NCBI GenBank assembly: GCA_030141605.1
Contig: JAQGDQ010002411.1
Span: 1 to 64,000, forward strand
Length of the DNA: 64,000 bases
Reading direction: 5' to 3'
From: Tubiluchus corallicola
Lineage: Eukaryota > Animalia > Priapulida
In this document: piece after piece, positions 20,524-30,398 of the stretch
How positions within the stretch are numbered: the first letter of the stretch is position 1
Layout of the letters: the number at the start of each line of letters is the position of its first letter
Made by a program: the position numbers and the translations under genes
The notes under the pieces: generated by a model
The model's input: only the letters and a program-made list of their open reading frames with translations
Told to the model about the DNA's origin: nothing
Database searches by the model: none

Positions 20524-21831
20524 ATGAAAAGAAGGGTATTAATCGTAGCTTATTATTTCCCACCTTTGGGAGGCTCAGGTGTGCAACGTTGGTTAAAGTT
20601 TGTGAAATATTTACGTGAATTTGACTACGAACCCATAGTTTATACTCCTAAAAATCCTGATTTTACTTTGCGGGATGAAACCTTGCAACAAGACCTTCCC
20701 AAAGATATTGAGGTGATAAGGAGGCCTATTTGGGAGCCATATAAGTTGTGGAGGTTATTTAGCCGCCCCTCCAAATCGGCACAAGCAAATATAGGCTTTG
20801 TAAACGAGGGTAAAAAAATGGGGTGGACAAAACGTTTGTCTATATTTATACGAGGTAATTTTTTCATCCCTGATCCACGGGTATTTTGGGTAAAACCATC
20901 TGTAAGATTTTTGTCAAAATATTTAAAAAAACATCCAGTAGATTGTATAATTACTACGGGACCCCCTCATAGCATGCACTTGATAGGTTTGTATCTCAAA
21001 CTACGTAAGAAGGTGAATACTCCTTGGATAGCGGATTTTCGCGACCAATGGACAAAAATGGATTATTATTCGGAAATGAAACTAACAGGTTGGGCGGATA
21101 AGAAGCATAGAAAGTTAGAAAAGAAAGTATTAGAAAATGCAGATAAAGTAATTGCTGTAAGTGAAGGAATAAAAGAAGAGTTTGAAGAATTAGGAGCAAA
21201 AAATATAACTGTGATTACTAATGGTTTTGACAATGATGATATGGGTGAGATGAAAATATTACTGGATAGGAAGTTTACTGTTGCCTATATTGGTATTTTT
21301 ATGCATTCTCAAAATTCACAGATTTTGTGGGAGGCTTTATCAGAATTGGTGAATGAAAATAAAGAATTCTCCAAAAAGTTTGAATTAAAAATAGTTGGAA
21401 AGACACATATACCTGTGATGGAAAGTATCCAAAAGTATGGTTTAGAAAATTATGTAAATAATTTAGGATATATGTCCCACAATGAGGCAATAAAGCATCA
21501 AAAAAATTCACAAGTGTTATTGCTTATTATAAATCAATATAAAAATAATAAGAGTAGGCTCCCTGGGAAACTATTTGAGTATTTAGCATCAGGAAGACCT
21601 ATTTTGATGATGGGCAGTAAAGAGACAAATGCTGCTAAAATTATAAGAGAAACAAATACTGGTTTTATTGTGGATTTCGATGATAAGGAAGGCGTTAAAA
21701 GAAATATTTTGAATTGTTTTTCTTTGTATAAGGAGAGTAAGTTAGTTGTGAAAGCAAAAGGGGTAGAGCAGTATTCTCGAAAAAATCTTACAGGTAAATT
21801 GGTTGAAGAATTGAATAAGTTATTAAATTAA
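20524..21831 (+). CDS. Glycosyltransferase family 4
   Basis: YYFPPLGGSGVQRWLKF, TGPPHSMH, DFRDQW, PGKLFEYLAS; TACCTTTG -7 box at 20500. Confidence 0.92.
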   Translation: MKRRVLIVAYYFPPLGGSGVQRWLKFVKYLREFDYEPIVYTPKNPDFTLRDETLQQDLPKDIEVIRRPIWEPYKLWRLFSRPSKSAQANIGFVNEGKKMGWTKRLSIFIRGNFFIPDPRVFWVKPSVRFLSKYLKKHPVDCIITTGPPHSMHLIGLYLKLRKKVNTPWIADFRDQWTKMDYYSEMKLTGWADKKHRKLEKKVLENADKVIAVSEGIKEEFEELGAKNITVITNGFDNDDMGEMKILLDRKFTVAYIGIFMHSQNSQILWEALSELVNENKEFSKKFELKIVGKTHIPVMESIQKYGLENYVNNLGYMSHNEAIKHQKNSQVLLLIINQYKNNKSRLPGKLFEYLASGRPILMMGSKETNAAKIIRETNTGFIVDFDDKEGVKRNILNCFSLYKESKLVVKAKGVEQYSRKNLTGKLVEELNKLLN

Positions 21832-21842
21832 GGTGTTTTGTT

Positions 21843-22784
21843 TCATTCGTGTTTTTTTACAAATGGGTGATAGTCCTCTTTTGTCCTTGTAGGCTTCATA
21901 TTCCTAATTTTGTGTACTACTTCTACACTATGTTTTGTATCAGTTAGTGCAAACCCATTGTTATTAAGTATTTCTTGGTAACTACGTGTATGCAAATCTG
22001 TAAAGCCACCACTAAATTCTATCTCTTTATTGTTGATAGTGATAGAACGGTAAGTTCGTTGGTTGTGTTCTTTTATATGCGTGGTAATGTCGTTGTAGTC
22101 TAAGGATAAATACCACCTTACTCTTGCTCTTTTTAGTAATAAGAAGCCGGAAGCTTTGTTAAATTCTGAAATATGCACTATATTTTTTACAGGCTCTCCA
22201 AATATCCACATCAGCATATCAAAAAAGTGTATGCCTATGTTGGTAGCAATACTTCCTGATTTTTCTATATCTGCTTTCCAACTTCTGAAATACCAATGAC
22301 CTCTTGAAGTAACATAAGTAAGGTCTATATCATAGATTTTATCATTGTTTTGTTCTATTTCTTCTTTCAGTGCTATGATTCTTGGATGTAGTCTTAATTG
22401 TAGTATGGTATTTACTTTTTTGCCTGTGTCTTTTTCTATGTCCATTAAGGCATCAACATTCCAGGGGTTAAGCACAAGAGGTTTTTCGCAGATGGCATCA
22501 GCTTGTGAGCGAAGAGCAAAGCGTATGTGCGAATCGTGTAAGTAGTTAGGAGAACAGATACTGACGTAATCTATTTTTTTATTGGAATGTTGTAATTTGC
22601 TTACGTGTCTGTCAAATCTCTCAAATTCTGTAAACAGGTCAGCATTAGGGTAAAAACTATCTATAATGCCTACGCTGTCTGATTTGTCTAAGATGGCAAC
22701 AAGATTGTTGTTCGTTTCTTTAATGGCTTGCATATGTCGGGGAGCTATATAGCCTGCTGCCCCTATGAGTGCGAAGTTTTTCAT
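21843..22784 (-). CDS. wbpB: UDP-GlcNAcA 3-dehydrogenase (WbpB/WlbA, Gfo/Idh/MocA family)
   Basis: FALIGAAGYIAPRH, CSPNYLHDSHIRF, CEKPLVLNP, ATNIGIHFFDML. Confidence 0.9.
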   Translation of the reverse strand: MKNFALIGAAGYIAPRHMQAIKETNNNLVAILDKSDSVGIIDSFYPNADLFTEFERFDRHVSKLQHSNKKIDYVSICSPNYLHDSHIRFALRSQADAICEKPLVLNPWNVDALMDIEKDTGKKVNTILQLRLHPRIIALKEEIEQNNDKIYDIDLTYVTSRGHWYFRSWKADIEKSGSIATNIGIHFFDMLMWIFGEPVKNIVHISEFNKASGFLLLKRARVRWYLSLDYNDITTHIKEHNQRTYRSITINNKEIEFSGGFTDLHTRSYQEILNNNGFALTDTKHSVEVVHKIRNMKPTRTKEDYHPFVKKHE

Positions 22785-22796
22785 CTGTATGAGTTG

Positions 22797-23513
22797 TTAA
22801 AAGAGCTTGTTATAATTTTTAATATTGTAAATGGAAGGTGATTTTAGTCTTAATTTTTCAAATTTATTTAACATCATAATTTCTTTGTGGTGTGGCATTC
22901 GTTTCTTTGGAGTGTAAATGTTATTGGATAGGTCTTCAAAGTTTTCTATCTTTTGTGCTTTTTCAATAGAGTTTACCAACATATTGATTTCAGTATTATA
23001 AACTCTTAAAGAAAGGCTATGAAAACTGTCTTCGTAAAAAATTGGCACTTCTTTTTTTTCTATTAAAAGTCCTTCATCTGTTTCTGCTGATATAAAATGA
23101 GTTGTAACACCTATTTTTTGTTCGTTATAGATAGCCCATTTTAATGCGTCTAAGCCTTTAACATAGGGCAAGTATCCGGGATGGGAGTTTATTATTTTTT
23201 TGTTTTTAACAACTTTTTCGGGTAGAATACCTGCTCCCGCAATGAGAGTGCTATCGAAGACGCTGGTGTTGAAAAAGTCTTCTAATTCATCTTTGCTAAT
23301 AGTGATGAGTTTAAAGTTTAGGATTTTACATATTTGTGATAAAGATATATTGGAAGTATAAGAAGGTCTGTGTTGAAAAAGAGGAATAAAGTTTTTTCTG
23401 TTTATCCAAGGGGTTGCGATAACACACACTTTATAATCAGTTTCAAGTTTTAATTTGAGTAATAAATCTTGAGTTTTTTTGTGCGTAGTATTGTAAGTTA
23501 TAACAGCTATCAT
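22797..23513 (-). CDS. N10-formyl-THF-dependent formyltransferase family protein
   Basis: IINSHPGYLPYVKG..WAI..GVTTHFI..DEG. Confidence 0.8.
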   Translation of the reverse strand: MIAVITYNTTHKKTQDLLLKLKLETDYKVCVIATPWINRKNFIPLFQHRPSYTSNISLSQICKILNFKLITISKDELEDFFNTSVFDSTLIAGAGILPEKVVKNKKIINSHPGYLPYVKGLDALKWAIYNEQKIGVTTHFISAETDEGLLIEKKEVPIFYEDSFHSLSLRVYNTEINMLVNSIEKAQKIENFEDLSNNIYTPKKRMPHHKEIMMLNKFEKLRLKSPSIYNIKNYNKLF

Positions 23514-23586
23514 AAAATTATATTTTATAGTTTTTTGTAGAATGTGTAGGAGAGATAAATGGTTTCATGGAATTTTATTTTTGGAT

Positions 23587-24648
23587 TTATCCATTTTGTA
23601 TTTCATTTACTATCTGCGAGGCTGTATTGCCTGTGCCATAAAGTTCTATATCAAAGTCAATCTTATTTTTCATAGTGTTGTAATAAATGCTGAGGATTCT
23701 ATTTTTATCTGTTCCTGCAAGAGTATTTACTTTATTTTCTATTAGTTCTACCCACTCAGTTTCATCTCGTAAAGTTACACAAGGTTTTTTAAAAAAGAAA
23801 GCTTCTTTTTGCAAGCCTCCGCTGTCTGTCATTACTGCTTGGCAATTTTGTAATAGATATATCATTTCTAAATATCCGACAGGTTCTATAATATCAAAGT
23901 TAATTTTTATTTTATAATCACCTATGACTTTTCTTGTTCTAGGGTGTAATGGCACAATAATTTGTGTCTCCTATGCTATTTTATTGAAGGCATCAATAAT
24001 ATTCTTAAGTTTTGTAGTGTTGTTCGTATTTTCTTCTCTATGTATAGTAGCTAATACGAAGTTGTTTTTTATTTTTATGGAATGTGGCTTTTGAACATAT
24101 TTTTTGTAGTATAATGCAGCATCATACATTACATCGCCACTTTCGACAATTTTACAGTTAAATTTTTCAAAGCCTTCTTTTTTAAGATTTTTTACTGCTG
24201 TTTTAGTTGGGCATAGCAGCAAGTTACTTATCCTATCTGTTAAGATTCTATTGACTTCTTCAGGCATTTGCATATTAAAGCTTCTTAAACCTGCTTCTAT
24301 GTGTGCTATTTTTATATGGAGTTTTTTAGAAGCTAAAGCTCCTGCAAGTGTTGAATTTGTATCGCCATATACTAATACCCAATCAGGTTCTTCTTTTATT
24401 AATATCCTTTCTATTCTTTCTAACATCCTTCCAGTCATTGCTCCGTGTGTAGCAGTACCAATTTCTAAGTTATAGCGAGGCTCAGGTATACGCATTTGTT
24501 CAAAGAATATATCGCTCATATTCTTATCAAAATGTTGCCCTGTGTGAATAATCACCTCTTCTATATTGCTATGTTTTTGTATTTCTCTACTTACTACAGC
24601 TGCTTTTACAAATTGAGGTCTTGCTCCTATAATGGTAGCGATTTTCAT
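23587..24648 (-). pseudogene. wbpI: Non-hydrolysing UDP-GlcNAc 2-epimerase (WbpI/WecB-like) interrupted by an in-frame TAG at 23971-23973
   Basis: GARPQFVK, HTGQH, GDTNST, EAGLRS..MPEEVNR, then NKIA*ETQIIVPLHPRT..TDSGGLQKEA in the same frame. Confidence 0.88.
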
Positions 24649-24658
24649 ATTTTATTTG

Positions 24659-25789
24659 TTAGTTAAAGTATTGTAGAATTGTTTTTGTTATATATTCTAA
24701 TTGTTCTTTTGTTAGTTCTGTGTGCATAGGCAGAGATACTACATTTTTGCATAGTTTTTCGGTGGTAGGCAAGTCGCCTTCATTGTATCCTAAATATAGA
24801 TAAGCTTCTTGCAAATGTAATGGAACAGGATAGTATATCCCTGTGGGGATATCTTTGGCTTGCAGGTATTTAATAAAGTTTTCTCTGTTTATACTGTTGT
24901 CTAAAGTAATGGCATATTGATGGTAGGTGTGCGTTGAATTAAGCGATTTAAAAGGTGTTTTTAAAAAGTGACAGCTTAGTAGTTGTTCATCGTAAAATTC
25001 AGCAACTTTTTGCCTTTTTTCTGCATATTGGTTAAGGTATTTTAATTTTATGTTGAGTATTGCGGCTTGCAGGGTGTCTAAACGTGAATTAACACCAATG
25101 TATTTGTAGTGATATTTCTTTATACTTCCGTGCTGGCATATTGCCTGTATTTTTTCTGCTAATTTGTCAGAATTAGTGACTATTGCCCCTCCATCGCCAT
25201 AGCAGCCTAAATTTTTGGAAGGGAAAAATGAAAAGCAACCAATAGTACCAATAGTTCCAGCTTTCTTTATGGTTTTATCATTAAACTGATACTCTGTCCC
25301 TATAGCTTGGCAAGCATCTTCTATTATGTGTAAACCGTACTCTCTCGCAATGTTTGTAATTTCTTCCATATTGCAAATCTGTCCATATAAATGAACAGGC
25401 ATTATTGCTTTGGTTTTTGATGAAATTACTTTCTTTATTTCTGTTGGATTTATGTTGAATGTATGTGGTTCTACATCTACTAACACAGGTTTTAATCCTA
25501 AGAGGACTATTACTTCTACGGTTGCTCCAAAGGTAAAGGAGGGGACAATAATTTCATCTCCTTTTTGTAAGTCAAGAGCCATTAGAGCTATTTGCAAAGC
25601 GTCAGTTCCATTCCCGCAAGTTATAACGTGTGGGGTATTTAGATAATGAGCAAGTTCTTCTTGGAATTTATTTACTTCTCCCCCTTTTATAAAGATAGAT
25701 TTGTCTAATACTTTTAAAATAGCATTGTCTATCTCTTCCCTAATATTGAGGTATTGCTTTTTTAAATCTACTAATTGTATTTTATCCAT
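24659..25789 (-). CDS. DegT/DnrJ aminotransferase (WbpE-like)
   Basis: NGTDALQIALMAL, EDACQAIG, SFFPSKNLGCYGDGG, GVNSRLD. Confidence 0.92.
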   Translation of the reverse strand: MDKIQLVDLKKQYLNIREEIDNAILKVLDKSIFIKGGEVNKFQEELAHYLNTPHVITCGNGTDALQIALMALDLQKGDEIIVPSFTFGATVEVIVLLGLKPVLVDVEPHTFNINPTEIKKVISSKTKAIMPVHLYGQICNMEEITNIAREYGLHIIEDACQAIGTEYQFNDKTIKKAGTIGTIGCFSFFPSKNLGCYGDGGAIVTNSDKLAEKIQAICQHGSIKKYHYKYIGVNSRLDTLQAAILNIKLKYLNQYAEKRQKVAEFYDEQLLSCHFLKTPFKSLNSTHTYHQYAITLDNSINRENFIKYLQAKDIPTGIYYPVPLHLQEAYLYLGYNEGDLPTTEKLCKNVVSLPMHTELTKEQLEYITKTILQYFN

Positions 25790-25825
25790 TATTCCAATAG
25801 AGAGAATATCTTGCTGTTAAATTAA

Positions 25826-27118
25826 TTACAAACTCCAGTAATCTAACCCCTCCATTTTATTTCTATAAATACCTTTAATGTCAAAAAGAATACCTTTATT
25901 TTTAGTCATCAATTGAGTAAAATAATTTTCTTCTAATTGGGCATATTCTTGATGTGCTACGGCTAAGATAATAGCGTTGTAATTGTTGTCAGGTTCTTTT
26001 TGTAAAGTAATTTGATACTCTTCTTTTATCTCATTAGCATTTGCATTAGGGTCTATGCAATGGACGTTCACTCCATATGTTTTTAGTTCCTTTATTATAT
26101 CCATTACTTTTGAATTTCTAATATCTGATACATTCTCCTTAAAGGTAAGTCCCATTACTAGCACTTTTGAAGCAAGTATATTTGTTCCTTTTGCAATAAG
26201 TTTTCTTATTACTTGCTTGGCAATGTAGCCGCCCATAGAGTCGTTAATAAATCGTCCCGCATTTATCATCTGTGGGTGATATTTTAATTCTTTAGCTTTA
26301 TGTACAAGGTAGTAAGGGTCTACACCTATACAATGTCCGCCAACCAATCCCGGATGAAATTTTAAGAAGTTCCATTTTGTGCCTGCTGCTTCTAATACAT
26401 CATAAGTATTGAGGTTCATTTTTGAGAAAAGTATAGAAAGTTCGTTTATCAAGGCAATATTAACGTCTCTCTGTGTATTTTCTATTACTTTGGCAGCTTC
26501 TGCGGCAGCTATTGAGGGTGCTTTATGTAGCCCTGCTTCAATAATTTGTGCGTATACTTTCGTAATGTTTTGCAGAGCTTTATCATCGCAGCCTGATACT
26601 ATTTTGACGGTATTGGTAAGAGTGTGAACTTTATCACCTGGATTGATACGTTCAGGGGAATAGCCTACTTTAAAATCGGTTTTGTACTTCAGTCCTGATA
26701 TTTTTTTCAACAGAGGCACGCATTTTTCTTCTGTAGTATGTGGATAAACTGTTGATTCATAGACAATGTAATCGCCTTCTTTTAAGTTTTGAGCCACAAG
26801 TTTAGTAGCAGATAATAAAGGCTGCAAGTCAGGGATGTTATATTTATCAATAGGAGTAGGAACGCCAATAATATAAAAACTTGCTTTTGATAAATTGTCA
26901 GGGTCAGAGGTAAACTCTATATCTGTATTTTGAAAAGCTGTCTTTGAAAGTTCATTACTTGGGTCTTGTTTTTTCTTGAGTTGCTGTATCCGTTTTTCAT
27001 TGATGTCAAATCCTATAACGGAGAACTTTCTCGCAAATTCCAAAGCAAGTGGCAGCCCTACATAACCCAAACCAATAATAGCCAGTTTATTTTGTTTATT
27101 AATAAGTTTATTATACAT
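25826..27118 (-). CDS. UDP-GlcNAc/GalNAc 6-dehydrogenase (WbpO/TviB-like)
   Basis: IGLGYVGLPLA, YESTVYP, SPERINPG, PGLVGGHCIGVDPYYL; start set at ATG 27118. Confidence 0.92.
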   Translation of the reverse strand: MYNKLINKQNKLAIIGLGYVGLPLALEFARKFSVIGFDINEKRIQQLKKKQDPSNELSKTAFQNTDIEFTSDPDNLSKASFYIIGVPTPIDKYNIPDLQPLLSATKLVAQNLKEGDYIVYESTVYPHTTEEKCVPLLKKISGLKYKTDFKVGYSPERINPGDKVHTLTNTVKIVSGCDDKALQNITKVYAQIIEAGLHKAPSIAAAEAAKVIENTQRDVNIALINELSILFSKMNLNTYDVLEAAGTKWNFLKFHPGLVGGHCIGVDPYYLVHKAKELKYHPQMINAGRFINDSMGGYIAKQVIRKLIAKGTNILASKVLVMGLTFKENVSDIRNSKVMDIIKELKTYGVNVHCIDPNANANEIKEEYQITLQKEPDNNYNAIILAVAHQEYAQLEENYFTQLMTKNKGILFDIKGIYRNKMEGLDYWSL

Positions 27119-27214
27119 ATAAAATAGTAAAGTTGAGTGTTGACTTGGTAAAAATATACAATTATTTTTTATATTTGCCATTCAATGGAAAAATATAAAA
27201 ACCTTTAATAAATT

Positions 27215-28954
27215 ATGCTAGAGACTAAACTATTATCCGAAGTAAAAGAAAAAGCTGGTAAATGGCTTAAAAGTAACATAGATGATGATACTCGCAAAGA
27301 GATAGAAATAATGTTGTCAAAAGACGATGATGAATTGATAGAGACTTTTTATCGTGATTTGGAATTTGGCACAGGTGGTTTGAGAGGTATAATGGGAGTA
27401 GGGTCGAACCGAATGAATATTTATACAGTAGGTATGGCTACACAAGGTTTGTGCAACTATCTGCTTAAAGAATTTAAGAGCAAGGGTGAGATAAGTGCGG
27501 CAATAGCTTACGATTGTAGAAACAATAGCCCATTGTTTGCAGAAACTACGGCTAAAATTTTCACGGCTAATGGTATCAAGGTATACCTTTTTGAGGCTCT
27601 TCGCCCTACACCCGAACTATCGTTTGCCATTAGACATTATGGTTGTCAAAGTGGTGTGGTGATTACTGCTTCACATAACCCCAAAGAATACAACGGCTAT
27701 AAAGCCTATTGGGAAGACGGAGGGCAAGTGATAGCTCCTCACGATGTGAACATTATAGAGGAAGTGAAAAAGATAAGTAGTATTGATGAGGTGAAATTTG
27801 ACGGAGATAGTAGTAAAATAAAGAACTTAGGAAAAGAATTTGACAAAATATATGTAAAAAAGCTAAAAGAACTATCTATTGGTCCAGAGATGATAGCAGA
27901 GCAAAGCGACCTGAAAATAGTTTATACCCCCATACACGGTACAGGTGTGCATTTAGTGCCTGAAAGTTTAAAAGCATTTGGCTTTAAGAATGTAATTAAC
28001 GTGCCAGAACAAGATGTGGTGGATGGTAATTTCCCTACGGTGATATCGCCCAACCCAGAAGAGCCTGCTGCCCTAAAAATGGCATTGGAAAAAGCAAAAG
28101 AAACTAATGCAGATATTGTAATGGCTACCGACCCAGATAGTGATAGGGTAGGTATTGCAGTAAGAAACGACAAGGGAGAGTTTATTTTACTGAATGGTAA
28201 CCAAACTGGGGCTATTTTGGAATATTACATTATCTCGCAGATGAAAGCGAAGAATTTGTTAAGGAAAGATGATTATGTAGTAAAAACAATAGTTACTTCG
28301 GAATTGATTGCGGATATTGCAAAAAAGAATGGGATAGAGGTGTATGATGTGCTGACAGGTTTTAAGTTCATTGCTGATATAATGAAAAAGAACGAGGGTA
28401 AGAAGCGATTTATATATGGTGGTGAGGAAAGCTATGGTTACCTTATGGGAGAGTTTGTAAGGGATAAAGATGCTGTAATGTCGTGTGCGTTGTTAGCAGA
28501 GACGGCAGCTTGGGCAAAGAGCAAGGGTAAAACAATGTATGAACTCTTGAAAGAAATATATAAAGAATATGGTTTCTACTTAGAAAAACTAAAAAATCTT
28601 GTAAAAAAAGGCAAAGAAGGTGCGGAAGAGATACAAGCTATTATGGATGGATATAGAGGTAATCCTCCAAAAGAAATAGGAAGTTCGAGAGTAGTAAGAG
28701 TGAAAGACTACCTGTTGCAAATAGATAAAAATACATTAACAAAACAAGAAAGTGAAATAACACTACCTAAGTCTAATGTTTTGCAATTTTTCTTAGAAGA
28801 TGGAACAAAAATATCAGTTCGCCCATCAGGTACAGAGCCTAAAATAAAATACTATTTTAGTGTGAAAGAAGATATGGCTGGGGATATTGATAGTGTTATG
28901 AAAAAAGCAGGAGAAAGGATAGAACAAATGCAGATAAGTTTAAAAACAGTATAA
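27215..28954 (+). CDS. pgm: Phosphoglucomutase/phosphomannomutase
   Basis: FGTGGLRG, TASHNP, TDPDSDR, GEESYG, RPSGTEPKIK. Confidence 0.95.
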   Translation: MLETKLLSEVKEKAGKWLKSNIDDDTRKEIEIMLSKDDDELIETFYRDLEFGTGGLRGIMGVGSNRMNIYTVGMATQGLCNYLLKEFKSKGEISAAIAYDCRNNSPLFAETTAKIFTANGIKVYLFEALRPTPELSFAIRHYGCQSGVVITASHNPKEYNGYKAYWEDGGQVIAPHDVNIIEEVKKISSIDEVKFDGDSSKIKNLGKEFDKIYVKKLKELSIGPEMIAEQSDLKIVYTPIHGTGVHLVPESLKAFGFKNVINVPEQDVVDGNFPTVISPNPEEPAALKMALEKAKETNADIVMATDPDSDRVGIAVRNDKGEFILLNGNQTGAILEYYIISQMKAKNLLRKDDYVVKTIVTSELIADIAKKNGIEVYDVLTGFKFIADIMKKNEGKKRFIYGGEESYGYLMGEFVRDKDAVMSCALLAETAAWAKSKGKTMYELLKEIYKEYGFYLEKLKNLVKKGKEGAEEIQAIMDGYRGNPPKEIGSSRVVRVKDYLLQIDKNTLTKQESEITLPKSNVLQFFLEDGTKISVRPSGTEPKIKYYFSVKEDMAGDIDSVMKKAGERIEQMQISLKTV

Positions 28955-28969
28955 TTAAAAGAAGAAAAT

Positions 28970-30184
28970 ATGAATATTGGAATGATTTTAGGAGAGTATT
29001 TCCCTGAAGATATAAGAGTTAGCAAAGAGGCCAAATCTCTTATAAATGCTGGTTTTAATGTTTCACTGCTGTGCTTGAGACGTAAAGGAGAAAAATACAA
29101 TGATGTTATAAAGGGTATAAAAGTGAGAAGAATAGATGCAGGGAAAAATAATGTGCAACAAACACTATGGAGTTCCTTTATTTCATTTGGAATTCTGCAT
29201 CCTATTTTCAAAAAGAAGCTAAAAAAGTTCATAACTGATAATGAATTGAGGGTGCTTCACGTACACGATCTGCCTTTATTTAAAACAGCACTATATTATA
29301 GGAATAAATACAAATTAAAAATTGTTCTTGATTTACATGAAAATTATCCAGAAGCAATAAAAATATGGTTCAAATGGAGAAAAAATATAGGAATAAAATT
29401 AAAAAATAAAATTTTGTATAATTATGATAAATGGCTCAAATATGAAGAATATGCCATAGACAAAGCAGATTATGTAATTACTGTGGTTGAAGAAATGACA
29501 GAAAGGCTAAAAATAAAGCACAGTGTAAAATGCAATAACTTTACAGTAATTTCTAATAAGGAGGAAAAAGCATTTGCAGAGCAAGTCTTGATTAAAGATA
29601 TATACAAAGATGTTAAAGATAAATTTATAATAACCTATACGGGAGGGATAGCACCTCACAGGGGTGTAGAAGTAGCTATTGAGGGAATGAAATATATAAA
29701 TAATGATGAGATAGTACTAGCAATTGTAGGAGGGAGTAACAAAGATAATCTTATAAAATTAAACAAAATAATAGTGGAGAATAATTTAAAAAGTAAAGTA
29801 TGTTATTTGGGAAAGCAGCCTTTTAGTAAAGTTTTTTCCTATATGAAAATGGCATCTGTTAATATTGTTCCTCATAATAAGAATGAACAGACTAATAACT
29901 CTATGCCTCATAAATTATATCAAGGAATGATGACTGGTAATCCAGTGTTGGTTAGTGACACAAAGCCATTGCAGCGCGTTGTAAAAAAATTAGGTAGTGG
30001 TTTAGTTTTTAAAACAGGAGATCCTCAAAGTTTTGCGAAAAAAATAATGAAACTATATGATAATAAAGAGTTGAAAGAAGAATTAGGAAGAAATGGTTTT
30101 AATAAAACAGTTAAAGAAAATGAAAACTGGGAAACCGAAGGTGAAAAATTAGTAAGTTTATATCAGAAAATTATAAGTAAGTAG
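28970..30184 (+). CDS. Glycosyltransferase family 4
   Basis: DIRVSKEAKSL, HVHDLP, DLHENYPE, PHKLYQGM. Confidence 0.88.
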   Translation: MNIGMILGEYFPEDIRVSKEAKSLINAGFNVSLLCLRRKGEKYNDVIKGIKVRRIDAGKNNVQQTLWSSFISFGILHPIFKKKLKKFITDNELRVLHVHDLPLFKTALYYRNKYKLKIVLDLHENYPEAIKIWFKWRKNIGIKLKNKILYNYDKWLKYEEYAIDKADYVITVVEEMTERLKIKHSVKCNNFTVISNKEEKAFAEQVLIKDIYKDVKDKFIITYTGGIAPHRGVEVAIEGMKYINNDEIVLAIVGGSNKDNLIKLNKIIVENNLKSKVCYLGKQPFSKVFSYMKMASVNIVPHNKNEQTNNSMPHKLYQGMMTGNPVLVSDTKPLQRVVKKLGSGLVFKTGDPQSFAKKIMKLYDNKELKEELGRNGFNKTVKENENWETEGEKLVSLYQKIISK

Positions 30185-30398
30185 ATATTCTTTATGATGT
30201 ATTATTATTCTTTTATTTTCAAAAATATAACATATTATGGAATTTATGAAAAATTATGCTTTAAATAAGCGATATAATGACACGCTAAATTTTATTAAAG
30301 ATACCATATTCAGATGAAGTGTTAGATTTAAGTATGGACAACGCTATGAGAAAGATGAAAGAAAAGCTAGAAGAATTTTATAAGTTAAAAGAGAAATA

